Shown: one piece after another, positions 39,271-54,567 of the stretch
How positions within the stretch are numbered: the stretch's first letter is position 1
How the letters are laid out: the number at the start of each line of letters is the position of its first letter
NCBI RefSeq assembly: GCF_009914755.1
Contig: NC_060932.1
Strand: one strand, 5' to 3'
DNA length: 64,000 nucleotides
Source: the human T2T-CHM13v2.0 reference genome, Homo sapiens
The notes under the pieces: generated by a model
Database searches by the model: none
The model's input: only the letters and a program-made list of their open reading frames with translations
Told to the model about the DNA's origin: nothing
Position numbers and translations under genes: made by a program

Positions 39271-39909
39271 TTTATATCACATGCACACATATGTGTAGAT
39301 GTGTACGTATGTATGTATGTATACATTCCTCCATACATATATGTATGTTTCTGTGTATATATACACATACATACACACATACATATAGTATTTTTTCCTT
39401 TTTTCCATTTGTTTCAGATAAGTGTATAAGTCAGGACCTTGTTTCTTTAGCCAGAAGCAGAGATCATGATTTGTATAATTTTATTTTCCAAGAGGTGTAA
39501 GCTCTTACAAGCCAATATAAAGAACTTTCGCCACAGAAATTTTATATGTGAACTTCTAAGAGAGAGAGACACAGAAAAATAGAGATTCTCTATGAAAAAC
39601 TACTTTTTGTAGTATACAAACTAGGACTACTTAAAACAGAGGAAAAAGTTAAATGATAAAATTAAGGCAGCTGGCCTGTAATCCCAGCACTTCATGAGGG
39701 TGATGCAGGCAGATCACCTGAGATTTTTGAGGACTTATTACTACAAAAACTGGTTGGCTTTATATTAAAATGATCATATTTTACATATATTGGGGTAAAT
39801 AAAATAGATTAAATAAAATATATTTTTAAAAATAATTTCACTGGTTTCTTTTTAATCTTTAAATTTTAATTTGTATGTGTGTACCTCACATTGTATTTCT
39901 TTTGGACAA

Positions 39910-40500
39910 AGCTAATTCAGAATATAAAAGAACTCTTGAAAATCAACAATAAAAAGATGGGAATCTCAACAGAAAAATGGGCAACAGATACAAGCAGGTA
40001 ATTTATAGAAGGAAAAATGAAAAAATAATCCAAAACAAGCATATGACTATCTGCTCAAAATAATTAAGAATAAGAAAAATGCAAATTAAGAAAACAAAAA
40101 AATACAGACTGGAAAATGTAAGAAAATTGAATAATGCCAAGAGTCACTGGGGATTTAAAGAAGCAGGAACCTTCTTGCACTGCTGGTGGGAGTGTGGATG
40201 GGTGTAGCCATTGGACTGCACAATCTGCCAGTACATAGTCATATTCAATATAAACACATGTTATGGCCCCCAAATTCTACTTCTATATCTACATATCCCA
40301 GATAAATTCTTATACAGTCACAAGGGCACATATATAAAGATCTCTTTGCAGTGTTATTTGTGGTAGCCAGTAGTAGGAGTCAACCTGGGTGCACATCACT
40401 GGGAAGGAAGACATATGCTATGTTGTAATTATTCACCATAGGGTACTATGCAGCAGTTGAAAGCAGTAGGTTATACTTATATATAGCAATGTGGATGGTG
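39910..40500 (+). mobile_element. Old L1ME-like 3' fragment
   Basis: cagaatataaaagaactctt...aaaatgggcaaca...tgcactgctggtgggagtgt...gtactatgcagcagtt. Confidence 0.65.
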
Positions 40501-42120
40501 AAGAATGTATGAAACAATGTGTGTGTATGTGTGTGCATAAAAAACAATACACAGTTTCAGGAACAGAGCTTAACATATATTAAATCCATTAGAATATGGC
40601 TGCCTACAGGGTAGGGGAAATAGGAATAAAAATAGAGTTTATGGATAAAGGAGGATAAATAAACATATACATACACACCTTTATATTTACAACAGAGGGG
40701 CCTTGTCTGAACCAGTAATGATAATGTACCTGGAACTGGGAAATATAATAAATTCAACCCTCTATTATCTTCCGTTGCAAAAAAAAAAAAAGTGGGAGAC
40801 AGCCATTTTTAGCTATGTTTACAAATAATAGTCAAGAAATACTGCATTTTGAGCCCCTAATTTATCTGAATTTCCTTGCATCCAAGGCAAGAAGAGAAAT
40901 ACATTGAGTTACAAATCTGGGTTATATCAAAATGAACACAACTATTTGTCAGATGAGACAAATCTTGTCCATGTAGTGAATTCCCAGAAAAACATCTACC
41001 TTAGACTAGCACTAGTGATTTTTATGCTATGAGACCTTTAACAAGGAATTGAGCAGGGGTGTGTGAGGTGGTGGGTAAGGAGATAAAAAAAAATAAATGC
41101 AGAAGGAGAGAAAAGACAAGGGCCAAGGGACTCCAGTTTCCATTTAACCATATTAATCTATTACAGGTATTACGTTTCCACATAAGCTTTTATTTGAAGA
41201 ACGGATTCCGTGATTAAAAAGAAAAAAATGAGAGCCATTCTCCTAGGCCTCTGTATAAGATATTGAACAACATAATGAACAGTATCTTCAACAGCAGTTA
41301 TACAAAAGTTGCAGAGTACTCTTCATATCACTGCTTCTTTTATCAACACTAGATGGAAACTGAAAGCATAATATTAGATCACCGTTTTCTGAAAAGACAT
41401 TTCTATGGGAAGCTAAAATAATGTAGTATAGCATATGTCTTCCTGGTAATAGAACTTGGTAGAGAGAGAGTACACTTAGAGAACCCAGAATAATTGACGG
41501 TTAATGTCCTGTGGACTAACTCCCCAAGGTCCTTGTCAGGCTGCTTTCAGAAGATTTAAATGACAGGTAAGTGCCCCAAGTTACAGATATGCTCAATTGT
41601 TGACTGAAAGGGAGCCATCTATTTTAAAGAAAATTGAAATATTAGTAAACACAAAGAACTTGCTTTGTATTCTTACCCAAATGGAGAGCTCCCTAGCTCC
41701 CCTCAATACACCTACATGCATGCACATGCACACACAAATCCCACACTCCTGCATGGAAGCGGATTGCAGAGGCACCTGTGGGTGGGGTCAAGCTTCTTAT
41801 AGGTAACTGTAAGCAGCCTTCCATCTTCACAAGTACTTGAATAGTGGCCCAACTGAAGTCCCGTGAAACAACTCCCAGTAAAGGGAAAACATGGGTTTTA
41901 CCTAGGCAATTCTAAGAACAGCCATAACCAATTAGCTGCTATGAGACCACAGAAGACCCTTGATGTTGTCCTAGTTCTTCTCTTAGATCATCGGAGGGTG
42001 GGACACCAGACCTTAGGGTGGTGTCTGAGATGCTGGACTGGATTCAGGGGTAAACGTAACTGGATTGCAGGCTATGTTACACCATTTTTGTGTTGCAATA
42101 AAGAAATACCTGAGGCTGGA

Positions 42121-42400
42121 GGCTGAGTGCAGTGGCTCATTCCTGTAATTCCAGCACTTTGGGAGGCTGAGGCGGGCGGATCACCCGAGGTCAGGAGTTC
42201 GAGATCAGCCTGGCCAACATGGCGAAACCCCATCTCTACTAAAAATACATAAATTAGCCAATAATGGTAGTATGCACCTGTGATCTCAGCTACTTGGGAG
42301 GCTAAAGCAAGAGAACAGCTTGAACCCAGGAGGTGGAAGTCTCAATGAGCCAAGATCATACCACTGCACTCCAGTCTGGGCCACAGAGGAAGACTCTGTC

Positions 42401-42408
<8 letters not shown>
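42121..42408 (+). mobile_element. AluS (Sx-like)
   Basis: ggctgagtgcagtggctcattcctgtaattccagc...; TSD agaaatacctg(a/t)ggctgg at 42102-42119 and 42759-42776. Confidence 0.95.
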
Positions 42409-42438
<30 letters not shown>

Positions 42439-42703
42439 AAGAGAGAGAGAGAGAGAGAAAGAAAGATGGAAGGAAGGAAGGAAGAAAAGAAAAAGAAGAA
42501 AGAAAGAGAAACAAAGATGGAAGGAAGGAAGGAAGAAAAGAAAAAGGAAAGAAAGAAAGAAAGAGAAAGAAAGAAAGAAAGAAACAAATAAACAAACAAA
42601 CAAACAAAAACAAAGAAAGAAGGAAGGAAGGAAGGAAGGAAGAAGGAAGGAAGGAAGGAAGGAAGGAAGGAAGGAAGGAAAGAAAGCAAGAAAGAAAGAA
42701 AGC

Positions 42704-42759
<56 letters not shown>

Positions 42760-42760
42760 G
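42401..42760. repeat. About 360-bp compound purine microsatellite (AG)n/(GGAA)n/(AAAC)n/(GAAA)n derived from the Alu tail
   Basis: Read directly; lies inside the Alu TSD pair. Confidence 0.95.
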
Positions 42761-43388
42761 AAATACCTGTGGCTGGGTAACTTATAAAGAGGTTTAATTG
42801 GCTTACGGTTCTGTAGGCTGTACAAGAAGGATGGTGCCAGCATGTGCCTCTGGTGAGGGCCTCAGAAAGCTTACAATCATGGCAGAAGGCAGAATGGGGA
42901 GCAGGCATCTCACAAGGTGAGAGCAGCAACAAGAGAGAGGGAGATGTGCCACACACTTTTAAACAACCAGATCTCAGGAGAACCCACTCACTATGATGAG
43001 GATGGTACCAAGTCATTCATGAGGAATCTGTCCCTATGACTTACACTCCTCCCACCAGGCCCCACCTTCAACATTAGGGGTGACATCTCTACATGAGATT
43101 TGGAGGGAGAAACATCCAAACTATATCACAGGCAGCCAAGCATTGACTCAAGAGAGACGGAAAAGTTAGCCCATGAACTTCAAGCTTGTGGTAATTAATA
43201 GAGTAGCTAATATTGGACTAACACCTATGCCCATAAAAATTATTAACTGTAGACAACATATATATTTTTTAAAACCTGTTTTAGGAACTTGGGGGTGGCC
43301 AAAGCAAGGAGAAACTAGAGAGGATATGATCTCATGAAGGAGAGTATATTGGCTTACTATAGCAGGTAGAGCAGTTTGGTAAACTGGG

Positions 43389-43766
43389 TATCTTAGTTCA
43401 GGCTGCCATAGCAAAGTGCCCTAGACTGGGTGGCTACAAATAACTGAAATTTATTTCTTGCTGTTCTGGGGGCTGGAAGTCTGAGATCAGGGTGCCAGCA
43501 GGGTTGGGTTCTGGTGAGGCCCTGCTTCCAGATTATAAAGTGCCAACTTCTAGTTGTATCCACACGTGGCAGAAAAGGGCATGAGAGGCCTCTAAGATCT
43601 CCTTAATAAGGGCTCTAATCCCAGTCATCCCAGTCATGAGGATCCACCCTCATGACCTAATTACCTCCCAAAGGTCCCACTTTCTAATTTCATCACACTG
43701 GGAGTTAAGATTTCAACATATACATTTGGGCAGGGGTGGGGGGACACAAATATTCAGCTCATAAAA
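43389..43766 (-). mobile_element. MLT1A-like solo LTR
   Basis: tatcttagttcaggctgccatagcaaagtgccctagactgggtggct...ggggacacaaatattcag; possible TSD ctggg/ctagg. Confidence 0.85.
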
Positions 43767-44157
43767 CTAGGTGACTTAAAGAGCAGAAATGTATTATGTC
43801 ACAGTTTCAGAGGCTGGAAGTCCAAGATCAAGGTACTGACAGTATTGGTCCCTCTCAAGGCTGTAATGAAGTGTCTGCCCTATGCCTCTCCCCTAGCTTC
43901 TGGTGGTTTTCTGGCTTGCAGAAGCAACTCCAATTTCTGCCTTCATCTGCACATGGAGCTTTCCTTGTGCATGTGTCTCTGTGTCAAAATCTCCCACTTG
44001 TTCAGGACACCAGTCATACTGGGTTAGGTCCACCCTATGACCTCATTTTAATTTGATAACCTTGTAAAGTGTTTTTCTCCAATTAAGATCGCTTTCTGAG
44101 GTATGGGTTAAGACTTTAACATAAGAATTTTGGGGGACAAAATTCAACTCACAGCAG
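43767..44157 (-). mobile_element. MLT1B/C-like LTR
   Basis: gcagaaatgtattatgtcacagtttcagaggctggaagtccaagatcaagg...ggggacaaaattcaactcacagca. Confidence 0.8.
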
Positions 44158-44948
44158 TAAACAAACTAGGTAAGATCCACATGTAATTGGTTTTTCCCCT
44201 GAAGGCATGCCCAGTCTGTATGACACATGGTACACAGAGATCAAGCAGAAAGCAACAGCCTTACTGGGCTGTCAATCACTGAAAGTCAGAGATCGGAATG
44301 TAGAGTTGTCTAAGTGGCTAGAAAATCACAGGTCATATCTCAGAAAAGAGTGAGCCATTTTGGGGGGAGGGACACAAAATATGCAAACACACTGCTCTCA
44401 GGATCCTGCCTCACTTCTGGACTGCTCATGGATTGAGTGAGGTACTAAGAAATCCAGAAAGCTGTAAACAGAAGGCTAAAATAGCTAAGAAGATATTTCA
44501 TTAGCTGCCTCATGCTGAGGGAACAGAGTTCAGGGTTAAAACCTCACCAAAGTTAGAGATTTTTGGTAAACCCCAGAAGGCTTTCTACTGAAACGCAACA
44601 AGGGCCAGACCTTAGGACTAGTGACAATATCTGAGCCTTAAACCTAGGGGAAAACTGAAACAGAGCCAACCCAGCAGAGCCTAAAATCAAACCTCCACAA
44701 TTTGAGGTGATCTGCAGGAATTCAGTTGCTTTATAGAACAAAACCTAACACTCTTCAGAGTAAAAAAACAGAACCCAGGATCTCTAGATTATATCATCCA
44801 TAATGCCCTATATATAATTAAATGTTACTGGAAATGCAAGAGAATACAAAAATATGACAAATCATCAAGAAAAAATAGTCGATAGAAATAGACCCAAAGA
44901 CAACATGCATGATAGAATTAGCAGAACTTTTCAATAACTAGAAGAAAA

Positions 44949-45135
44949 AGCTGGGACTAAGATGAAATGAGTGAGGCACTTGCCTTGAGTGTAAAATTTA
45001 AGGAGGTGCCAGAAAAACTGGGCAATCAATATAATACAATAAGGCAGTATTTTAACAAATCAAAATTAATGCAAAAGAAATCCATGATGTACAAACTACC
45101 AAAATTTAAAATAAGGGCAAGATCAATAACGACGC
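44949..45135. mobile_element. hAT-Tip100-type DNA transposon fragment
   Basis: gagtgaggcacttgccttgagtgtaaaatttaaggaggtgcc...aatcaaaattaatgcaaaa...tccatgatg. Confidence 0.5.
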
Positions 45136-45732
45136 TATACTAAGCCTTGCTGAAACTGGGGAAAAAAATCAATAACGCTGACCTTGTCTTCATTCAAAAT
45201 TTTTGTCAGAAAAAATGACAAAATATTAGGAAAAAACTTTCCAAATACAAATAAGACAAACATAGATCCAAGAAGCTCAGCAAAACCCACCCAGAAAAGA
45301 AAATATAAAGAAAACCTCACTGAGATATATCAAAAATCAAAATGCTGAAACAATAAAGACAAAGGAAAAAAAAATCTCCAACAAAGCCCAAGAAGGCACA
45401 TTCCATGGAGGAGAACAGCAACAAAAATAACAGCTGACTTCTCACCACAAACAATAGAGAACAGAAAACAACAGAAGCATATCTTTAAAATGCTGAAGGG
45501 AAAACAAAACAAAATGAAACTTCAATCTTGATTCTACATCCAGCGAAAATATCCTTCAAAACAAAAAGTAACGTAAAGGCATTTTCAGATCACTGAAAGT
45601 AGAAAGAATTCATTACCAACAGACCCACACCACAAGAAATGCTAACCGAAGTTATTTGGGCTCAATAGAAATTATGCGAGATGGAAATTTGGAAATACAG
45701 GAAGGAATGAAGAACGCTGAAAATTATCAATA

Positions 45733-46055
45733 CATTCATGCATCACTTAATGATGGGGATATGTTTTGAGAAATGCATGAAATGGTTAGGCAATTGTGTC
45801 ATTGCGAGAGCCTCAGAGAGTGTACTTACATAAACCTAGATGGTATAGCCTATTATACACCTAAGCAGTATGACATATCCTATTGCTCCTACACTACAAA
45901 CCTATACGGTATGTTACTGTATTGAATACTGTAGCCAATTGTAACACAATGATAAGTGTTTGTGTATCTAAACCTATCTAAAGATAGACAAGGTACAGTA
46001 AAAATACAATATTACAATCTTATGGGACCACCATCATATATGCAATTCATAACTG
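45733..46055 (+). mobile_element. Tigger3a-like (TcMar-Tigger) DNA transposon
   Basis: cattcatgcatcacttaatgatggggata...aaacctagatggtatagccta...aatcttatgggaccacc...cataactg; TA at the 5' flank. Confidence 0.85.
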
Positions 46056-46284
46056 TGTATGGATAAATTTTTTAATTATTTTTTTCTCAGAGTCTTTAAA
46101 AGAAAATGGACTGAAGTAATAAAAAAATATCCTGGTGTTTATAAAATATGTAGAATTAAATATGTGACAATAGAACAAAGAACATCATGTGGTAAATGGA
46201 ATTATACTTTAATTTTGACATTAAACCAAGAATGGTATAACAATTTCAGAGAGACAGTGATTAAGTTAAAGAGGTACATTATAA

Positions 46285-46564
<280 letters not shown>

Positions 46565-46744
46565 CAATAAACTTTCAAAATATAGAGAGAGAGAGATGTA
46601 GCTATAATGCTAGGAGAAGATAGAATGAAATATTTTAAAATACTTTATTAACCCCAAAGGGGGCAGGAAAATGAGGCAGAAAAGCAGAGAACAAGTAAAA
46701 CAAACAAACAAACAAATAACAAAAAGATGACTCTCAGTGCCCAC

Positions 46745-46950
46745 CTAAGTAGTGGTCTGAGACAGACCAGAGTTTGAAATCTGGTTCCACCCCTTACCCT
46801 CTGAGTGAACTTTGTAAAGAGTCTGAACCTCTCAAAGCAGTTTCCTTATCAATAAATAATAGTACCTGCCTCCCAGGATTATTGTATGAAATATTTAAAA
46901 CTGTGTCACTTAGCACAGCCCCTAGCCTTAATAAGCTATCAATAAGTAAA
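46745..46950 (+). mobile_element. MIR fragment
   Basis: agacagaccagagtttgaaatctggttccacc...aataatagtacctgcctcccaggattattgtatga. Confidence 0.7.
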
Positions 46951-47799
46951 CAGTGGAGACAACACAAAAGAATTCAGTAGAAAGATGAAATCACATGAAA
47001 GATGAGGGGTAAAAATTATCTTTTTAAGACATTGCTCATTTGTTGATGGCTCTGTGAAACCTTTACCAAATTCTCCATGAAGAAATAATTGATTCATTCC
47101 CAGGACTCCCAGAGCATTTTTTATATAACTCCGTAATAGCACTTAATAAACTGAATTATATTTATTTTCTTTAATTAAACTTTTCATTTTCAGATCATTA
47201 TGGATTCACATACAGTTGTAAGAATACAAAGAGATCTCAAGTACCTTTCACAAGGGAACAGTTCCTATCAATGGTAACATCTTTTATAAAACTACAGTAC
47301 ACTATCACAACCAGAATATTTTCATTGACACAATCAAGATACAGAACATTTCTATCCCCACAAGGATCCCTCGTGTTGCCCTGATATAGACACATCCACT
47401 TCCCTTAGCCCTTTGAACTACTCATTTGTTCTCCATTTCTGTAATTTTGTCATTACAATGATGTTGTAAAATGGACTCGTACAGTGTGTAACTTTTGGGG
47501 ACTGTTTTTTATTCACTCAGCATAATTCTCTGAAGATGAATCCAAGTTGTTGCGTGTATCAGTAGATGTTCTTTTTTAGTGCTGAGTAGTATTCCATGTT
47601 GTGAATATGCCATAGTTTAATCATCTGTTGAAGGATATCTGGGTTGTTTCCAGTTTGGGACTATTACGAATAAAGTTGCTATGAACAAACATATACAGGT
47701 TTTTGCATGGACATAAATGTTCATTCTGGGATAAACGCCTAAAAGTACAAATCTTAGATTGTATAGTAGTTGCATGTTTGCTTTTTTAAGAAACTGCCA

Positions 47800-48897
<1,098 letters not shown>

Positions 48898-49440
48898 AAG
48901 AAACTGCCAAACATTTTTCCCAAGTGGCTGTACCATTTCACATTTCTACCAACAATGTATGAGTGAGCCAGTTTTCCTGCATTCTCATCAGCATTTGCTG
49001 TTGTCACTATTTTTTATTTTAGCCATTCTGATAAGTATGTAGTGACATCTCATCTCATTGTGGTTCTTATTTAGACTTTCCTAATGGCTAATAAAGTGGA
49101 ACATCTTTTCATCTATTTTGATACGTATATCCTCCTGGTAAAACGCCTGCTCACATCTTTTGCCCATTTTTAATTGAATTGTATGGGGTTTTTTTTTACT
49201 ATTGAGCTTTGAATTATTTCTGTATTATAGATACTAGTCTTTGTTATATGTATGCTTTCCATATATTTTCTCCCAGCCTGTAGCTTCTCTTTTTCATCCT
49301 TTTCATGGGGTCTGCTGCAGAGCAGTATTCCATTTTGATGAGGTTCAACTTATCAATATTTCCTTTTATAGATTGTGCTTTGGATGTCAAGTGTAAGAAT
49401 TCTTTGCCTGGCTCTAGTTCCCAAATATTTTCTCCTATGA

Positions 49441-49743
49441 TTTTTTTTAAATTTATTTGTTTTGAGATGGAATCTTGCTCTGTTGCCCAGGCTGGAGCGC
49501 AGTGGCGTGATCTCAGCTCACGGCAACCTCTGCCTCACGGGTTCCAGTGATTCTCCTGCCTCAGCCTCCTGAGTAGCTGGGATTACAGGAATGCACCATC
49601 ACACTTGGCTAATTTTTGTATTTTTAGTAGAGACGGGGTTTCACCGTGTTGGTCAGGCTGGTCTCGAACTCCTGACCTCAAGATCCGCCTGCCTTGGCCT
49701 CCCAAAGTCCTAGGATTACAGGCATCAGCCACCGTGCCTGGCC
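49441..49743 (-). mobile_element. AluS, full length
   Basis: tttgagatggaatcttgctctgttgcccaggctgg...ccaccgtgcctggcc. Confidence 0.95.
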
Positions 49744-50409
49744 TTAAGTTTTAAAATTTTAAATTTTACATTCAAATTCATAGTTCGTTTTGGGTTAATT
49801 TTTGTATAAAGGGTGAGATTTTTGTCTAGGTTTAGTTTTTTTTCCTATAGCTATCAAATTGTGCCAGCACCATTTGTTGAAAGGGTTATCCTTCCTCCAT
49901 TGAATTGCTTTTGCGCTTTAGTCAAAAATCAGTTGGGCCTATTTATGGGGGTCTATTTCTGAGTTCTCTATTCTATCTATGAGTCCATCCCCCAACCAAT
50001 ACCACACAATCTTCATGACTGTGCCTATATAATACATCTTGAAATCAGACACATTAATTCCTCATATTTTATTCTTTTTTATTCAAACTTCTTTGGCTAT
50101 TCTAGTTCTTTTGCATTTTCATATAAATTTTAGAATAATTTTGTGTATATTTACAAAACCCTTGCCAAAATTTTTATAGGAATTGCATTAAGCTTATATA
50201 TCAATTTGGGGAGAATTGATATGTTTATTATGTTGAATCTTCCAATTCATGAACATGATATGTCTTTCCTTCGATTTAGATCTTTAATTAATTTCATTAG
50301 CATTTGTGCTTTTCAGCATATCAATCCTGTATATGTTTTCTTAGATTTACAACCTAAATATTACCTTTTGGGGGGATCAGAAATGGTATTTAATTTCTTA
50401 TTTCAATGC

Positions 50410-51164
50410 CATTCCACAAATCCCTAGGGCATGGACACAATGCAGCCAAGTTTTTTGCTGTAGCATAACAAGGGTGACCTTTGTTCCAGTCCCTAGGAAA
50501 TCCCTCGTTTTCATCTGAGACCTCGCCAGCATGAAACTTACTGTCCATATTTCTATCAGGATTTTGGTCACAGCCACTAAACGAATCTCCAAGAAGTTCC
50601 AAACTTTCCCTCTCTTATCTTCTTCTGAGCCCTCCAACTCTTCTAACCTCTGCACATTGTTCAGCTCCAAAGCCACTTCCACATTTTAGGTATCTTTACA
50701 GCAACACCCCACTCCTTGGCAGCAATTTTCTGTCTTAGTCCATTTTCTGTTGCTATAAAGGAATACCAGAGGCTTGGTAATTTATAAAGAAAAGAGGTTC
50801 ATTTGGCTTACAATTCTGCAGGCTGTACAAGAAGCAGAGCACCAGCATCTGCTTCTGGTGAGGGTTAAAGCCTGCTTCCAGTCATGGTGGAAGGGGAAGG
50901 AGAGCTGGTGTGTGCAGAGATCATGGGGCAGGAGAGGAAGCAAGGGAGAGCAGGGAGGTGACAGGTTCTTTTCAGCAACCAGTTCTCTCAAGAAACAATA
51001 AGAGTGATAACTCAGTCACTCCCGCTGCCCTAGGGAGGCCGTTAATCTATTCATGAGGGATCCATTACCATGACCCAAACGCCTCCCATTAGGCACCCGC
51101 ACTCTGACACTGGGGATCAAATTTCAAGATGAGGTTTGGAGGGACAAACATCCAAACTATAGCA
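50410..51164 (-). mobile_element. MST LTR (50731-51164, MSTB-like) plus adjoining MST-int fragment (50410-50730)
   Basis: tgtcttagtccattttctgttgctataaaggaatacc...caaacatccaaactatagca; internal gaagttccaaactttccctc...cttccacattttaggtatcttt. Confidence 0.9.
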
Positions 51165-51410
51165 AGTAGTTGTTGTCCAAAAGTTTTCTGTCTTGTTACT
51201 TGTTCTCTTTCCCAGTCCTTTGGCTAGAATAAACAGGCTTTTGTTGGGTCTTTTTCTTTTTCTTGCACCTGTTGGCATTCTGAGTTGCCAGTTTCTTTAT
51301 CTCCATGTCTGGGATATACAAGACCAAAAGAAAACCCAGGGAACTCATCATCATCCTGTCATTTCTTCTTTTCTTGATCTCTAGCAGTGTGCCTTTCTTC
51401 AACCTTTTAA

Positions 51411-51831
<421 letters not shown>

Positions 51832-52764
51832 GCACTTTGCTTTTAAACAATTTTCTCATCCACCAAAATGTTTTGAGAGCGAGAAGCAAACTTTATTCAT
51901 TTTAATTTCTTCAGCACCTAGCAGAGAGCTTGTGTCCAATATACACCTGTTGAATGAATATTGTGCCAAAGCACGTGTGCAGAATCCTGTGTAGTACCCA
52001 GCTTCTTCCACTCTACATTATAGCCTCTCAAATACTGAGACTGTGTCTGTAATTTACTTGGACCCTGAGCTTTCCTCATTTTGTGCCCAGGGCTTGCACT
52101 CTGGTTTGACTGTGTGCTGTACTGAAGGCCTACTATGGGGGATGAAGACCATAGACAACTCAAGACCGAAGCCAACAGTTCTAAAGAGGGCTTGACACCT
52201 GGTATAGAGGTGGTAGAAAGTTCCCAGTGAAGAAAACACCAGAAAGTTTTCAGAGTGATTGTGCCTGAAAGTTTTCATTTCATCTCCCCATATGCTACCA
52301 CCCCCAAAGCTGTTAGGCTGGAATCAGAGAAAACAAAGCAGAAGAGCTTTTGGGATTTGCCAAATTGAAACAAAATTGCATCTCATTAAAATGTGCACAC
52401 GTACTCACACATAGCATACCCAATTCATGGGTTACATGAATTCCCAGATCACTGGGTAATTTATTTGGTTCCTATTCCTGCACTGTTGAGAGGCACTGAA
52501 GTACAAACCAGCAAACATAAATAATCAACAGCTTTAGTGCCTTTATCAATCATAAACGTTGTGCTCAGTCCCTCAGGAGAGGATTGTAATTACATTCTCC
52601 ATTCACGGTTTGGGTTGCTCAGTCCCTATGTGTGGAACTTGAAGGCCAGCCTCACTCTCTCCATGATATTATTCAAAGACACAGATGCCAGACTGTGCCA
52701 CTTTTTAACCAAGAGAAGTCAGTCTCACACTCTCCTGTCCTTCAGAGAAATAGATATGGCTAAA

Positions 52765-53061
52765 CCAGGTTTGTACAATAGAAATATAATGTAGGCAATG
52801 TAGGAAATTTTTAACATTTTAGTAGTCACATTTTTAAAAAGTAAAAAGAAATAGATGAAATTAATTTTATAATACATGTTTATTACCCATATCCAAAATA
52901 CTATCATTTCACTATGTAATCAATATTTTTAAAAATATTTATTATAAGTCTTCAAAATCCAGTATGTATTTTACATTTATGGCTCATCTCATTTGAGACA
53001 ACCACATTTCAAGCTTTCAACAACTACACATGGCTAGTGGCTGCCATATTGGACAGTGCAG
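52765..53061. mobile_element. MER33-like hAT-Charlie element
   Basis: tacaatagaaatataatgt...aaaaagtaaaaagaaatagatgaaattaatttt...cacatggctagtggctgccatattggacagtgcag. Confidence 0.85.
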
Positions 53062-53084
53062 ATCTAAACCATGAGCAAGGAAAG

Positions 53085-53740
53085 AACGAATGAGTGAATA
53101 AGAGTCAGCAAGTGAGTGAATGAATGAATGAGTGAATAAAAGATTCAGCAAGTGAGTGAATGAATGAGTGAATAAAAAAGTGAACAAGTGAGTAAATGAA
53201 CGAGTGAGTGAATGACTTAGTGACCGAATGACTTAGTGACTGAGTGAATGAATGAATGAGTAAATGAGTTAGTAAGTGAATTAATGAATGAATGAGTGAA
53301 TAAAAGATTCAGCGAGTGAGTGAATAAATGAGTGGGTGAGTGAATAAATGAATGAGTGAATGAATGAGAGAGTGAATAAAAGAGTCAGCAAGTAAGTAAA
53401 TGAATGAGTGAGTGAGTGAATGAATTAGTGACTGAAAGAGTGAACAAATGAGTTAGTGAGTGAATGAGTCTGTGAGCGAGTGAATGAATGAGTGAATAAA
53501 AGTTAGCAAGTAAGTGAATGAATAAATAAATGAATTAGTGAGTGAATGAATAAATGAGTTAGTGAGTGAAGGAATAAGTGAATAAATGAGTGAATGAATG
53601 AATGAGTGAATAAATGTTAGTGAGTGAGTGAATTAATGAATAAATTCATGAATGAATGCATGAGTGAGTGAATAAGTGAAGGAATAAATGAGTGGAAGAA
53701 TGCATGAGTGAGTGAACACATGAATGACAGAGTGAGTAAA
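53085..53740. repeat. Degenerate (TGAA/TGAG)n array with higher-order units
   Basis: About 650 bp of tgaa/tgag with the recurring motif gagtgaataaaaga(g/t)tcagcaagtgag. Confidence 0.93.
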
Positions 53741-54567
53741 AGACTCTGAGGCTCCTGGCCAGCCCCTCACATCAATCACATATGCCGGCTGGAGATATCA
53801 GGCAAGAGCTAGAAACTTCACAATTATTACCCGTATAAAAATGTCCTACCTTACACTTGTACAACAGCAATTTATGCCTTCCCCAAGCTCTGTCACACAC
53901 ACCCTTTGGTCCTCATGACACTCCTGTGAAGTGGGTAGGAGTCAGCAGCAGTCCCAGGATCCCAGCCCTGGCAGACAGCCCCACTCCCACTCTGCTGCCC
54001 TCTCAGCTATGGGCCAAGAGAAACGCACCAGAACCACACCCATGAAGACCATGTGCTGGTAAAACTCCCCGCTCGGGTCTCTTCGGCAGAAGCTGCTCAC
54101 CTCCACTGACTGCATTTTAGGCTCTCCCATGTCTTTGCTTACTTGGAGAGAGACCCCTGGTCTATACTCCAAAGGCAGCCAGTTGCTATGTGTTGTGGAG
54201 GAACCACCTGCCTGGAGCAGGTAACCATTCCCAGCCCTGTGCTGCACTGTATAGTTTCCCAAGGACTTCCACACACATCTCCATCTCCTCCACTCCCAGA
54301 ACCAGGCCAACCCAGCCCAGCTGTACAAGCATAAGGCTCGGTCTGGAAGGCCAATTCCAGGAAGGTTCTCAGAACCTGGGATGGAGTCAGGAAGGATGTT
54401 GTATCCAGATCATAGGTGAAGGCCAGTGAGTGTTGGCATGCACACAAGTCCATGATCCCAAAACTCATGCATTTGTAAAGAAATGGACAAAGACCAAATC
54501 AGAAGGGAGAACAGAACAAGATGCAGCTGGAGGGGAAGGCAGGCCTGGAAAGTAAAATTAGTCCTAG

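Larger units (their letters stand above)
42073..43128 (-). mobile_element. MST (MSTA/B-like) solo LTR interrupted by an Alu
   Basis: 5-bp TSD caggc at 42068-42072 and 43129-43133; gaggtttaattggcttacggttctgtaggctgtacaagaag...aaacatccaaactatatca. Confidence 0.92.

Noticed and set aside
42286-43016. ORFs of 150-205 aa on both strands
   Set aside because: Translations of the purine microsatellite plus Alu/MST sequence; low complexity and stop-free for compositional reasons.
53085-53740. Repeat-spacer look resembling a CRISPR array
   Set aside because: Spacers are the same TGAA/TGAG microsatellite, the anchors are degenerate, the context is primate DNA and there are no cas genes.
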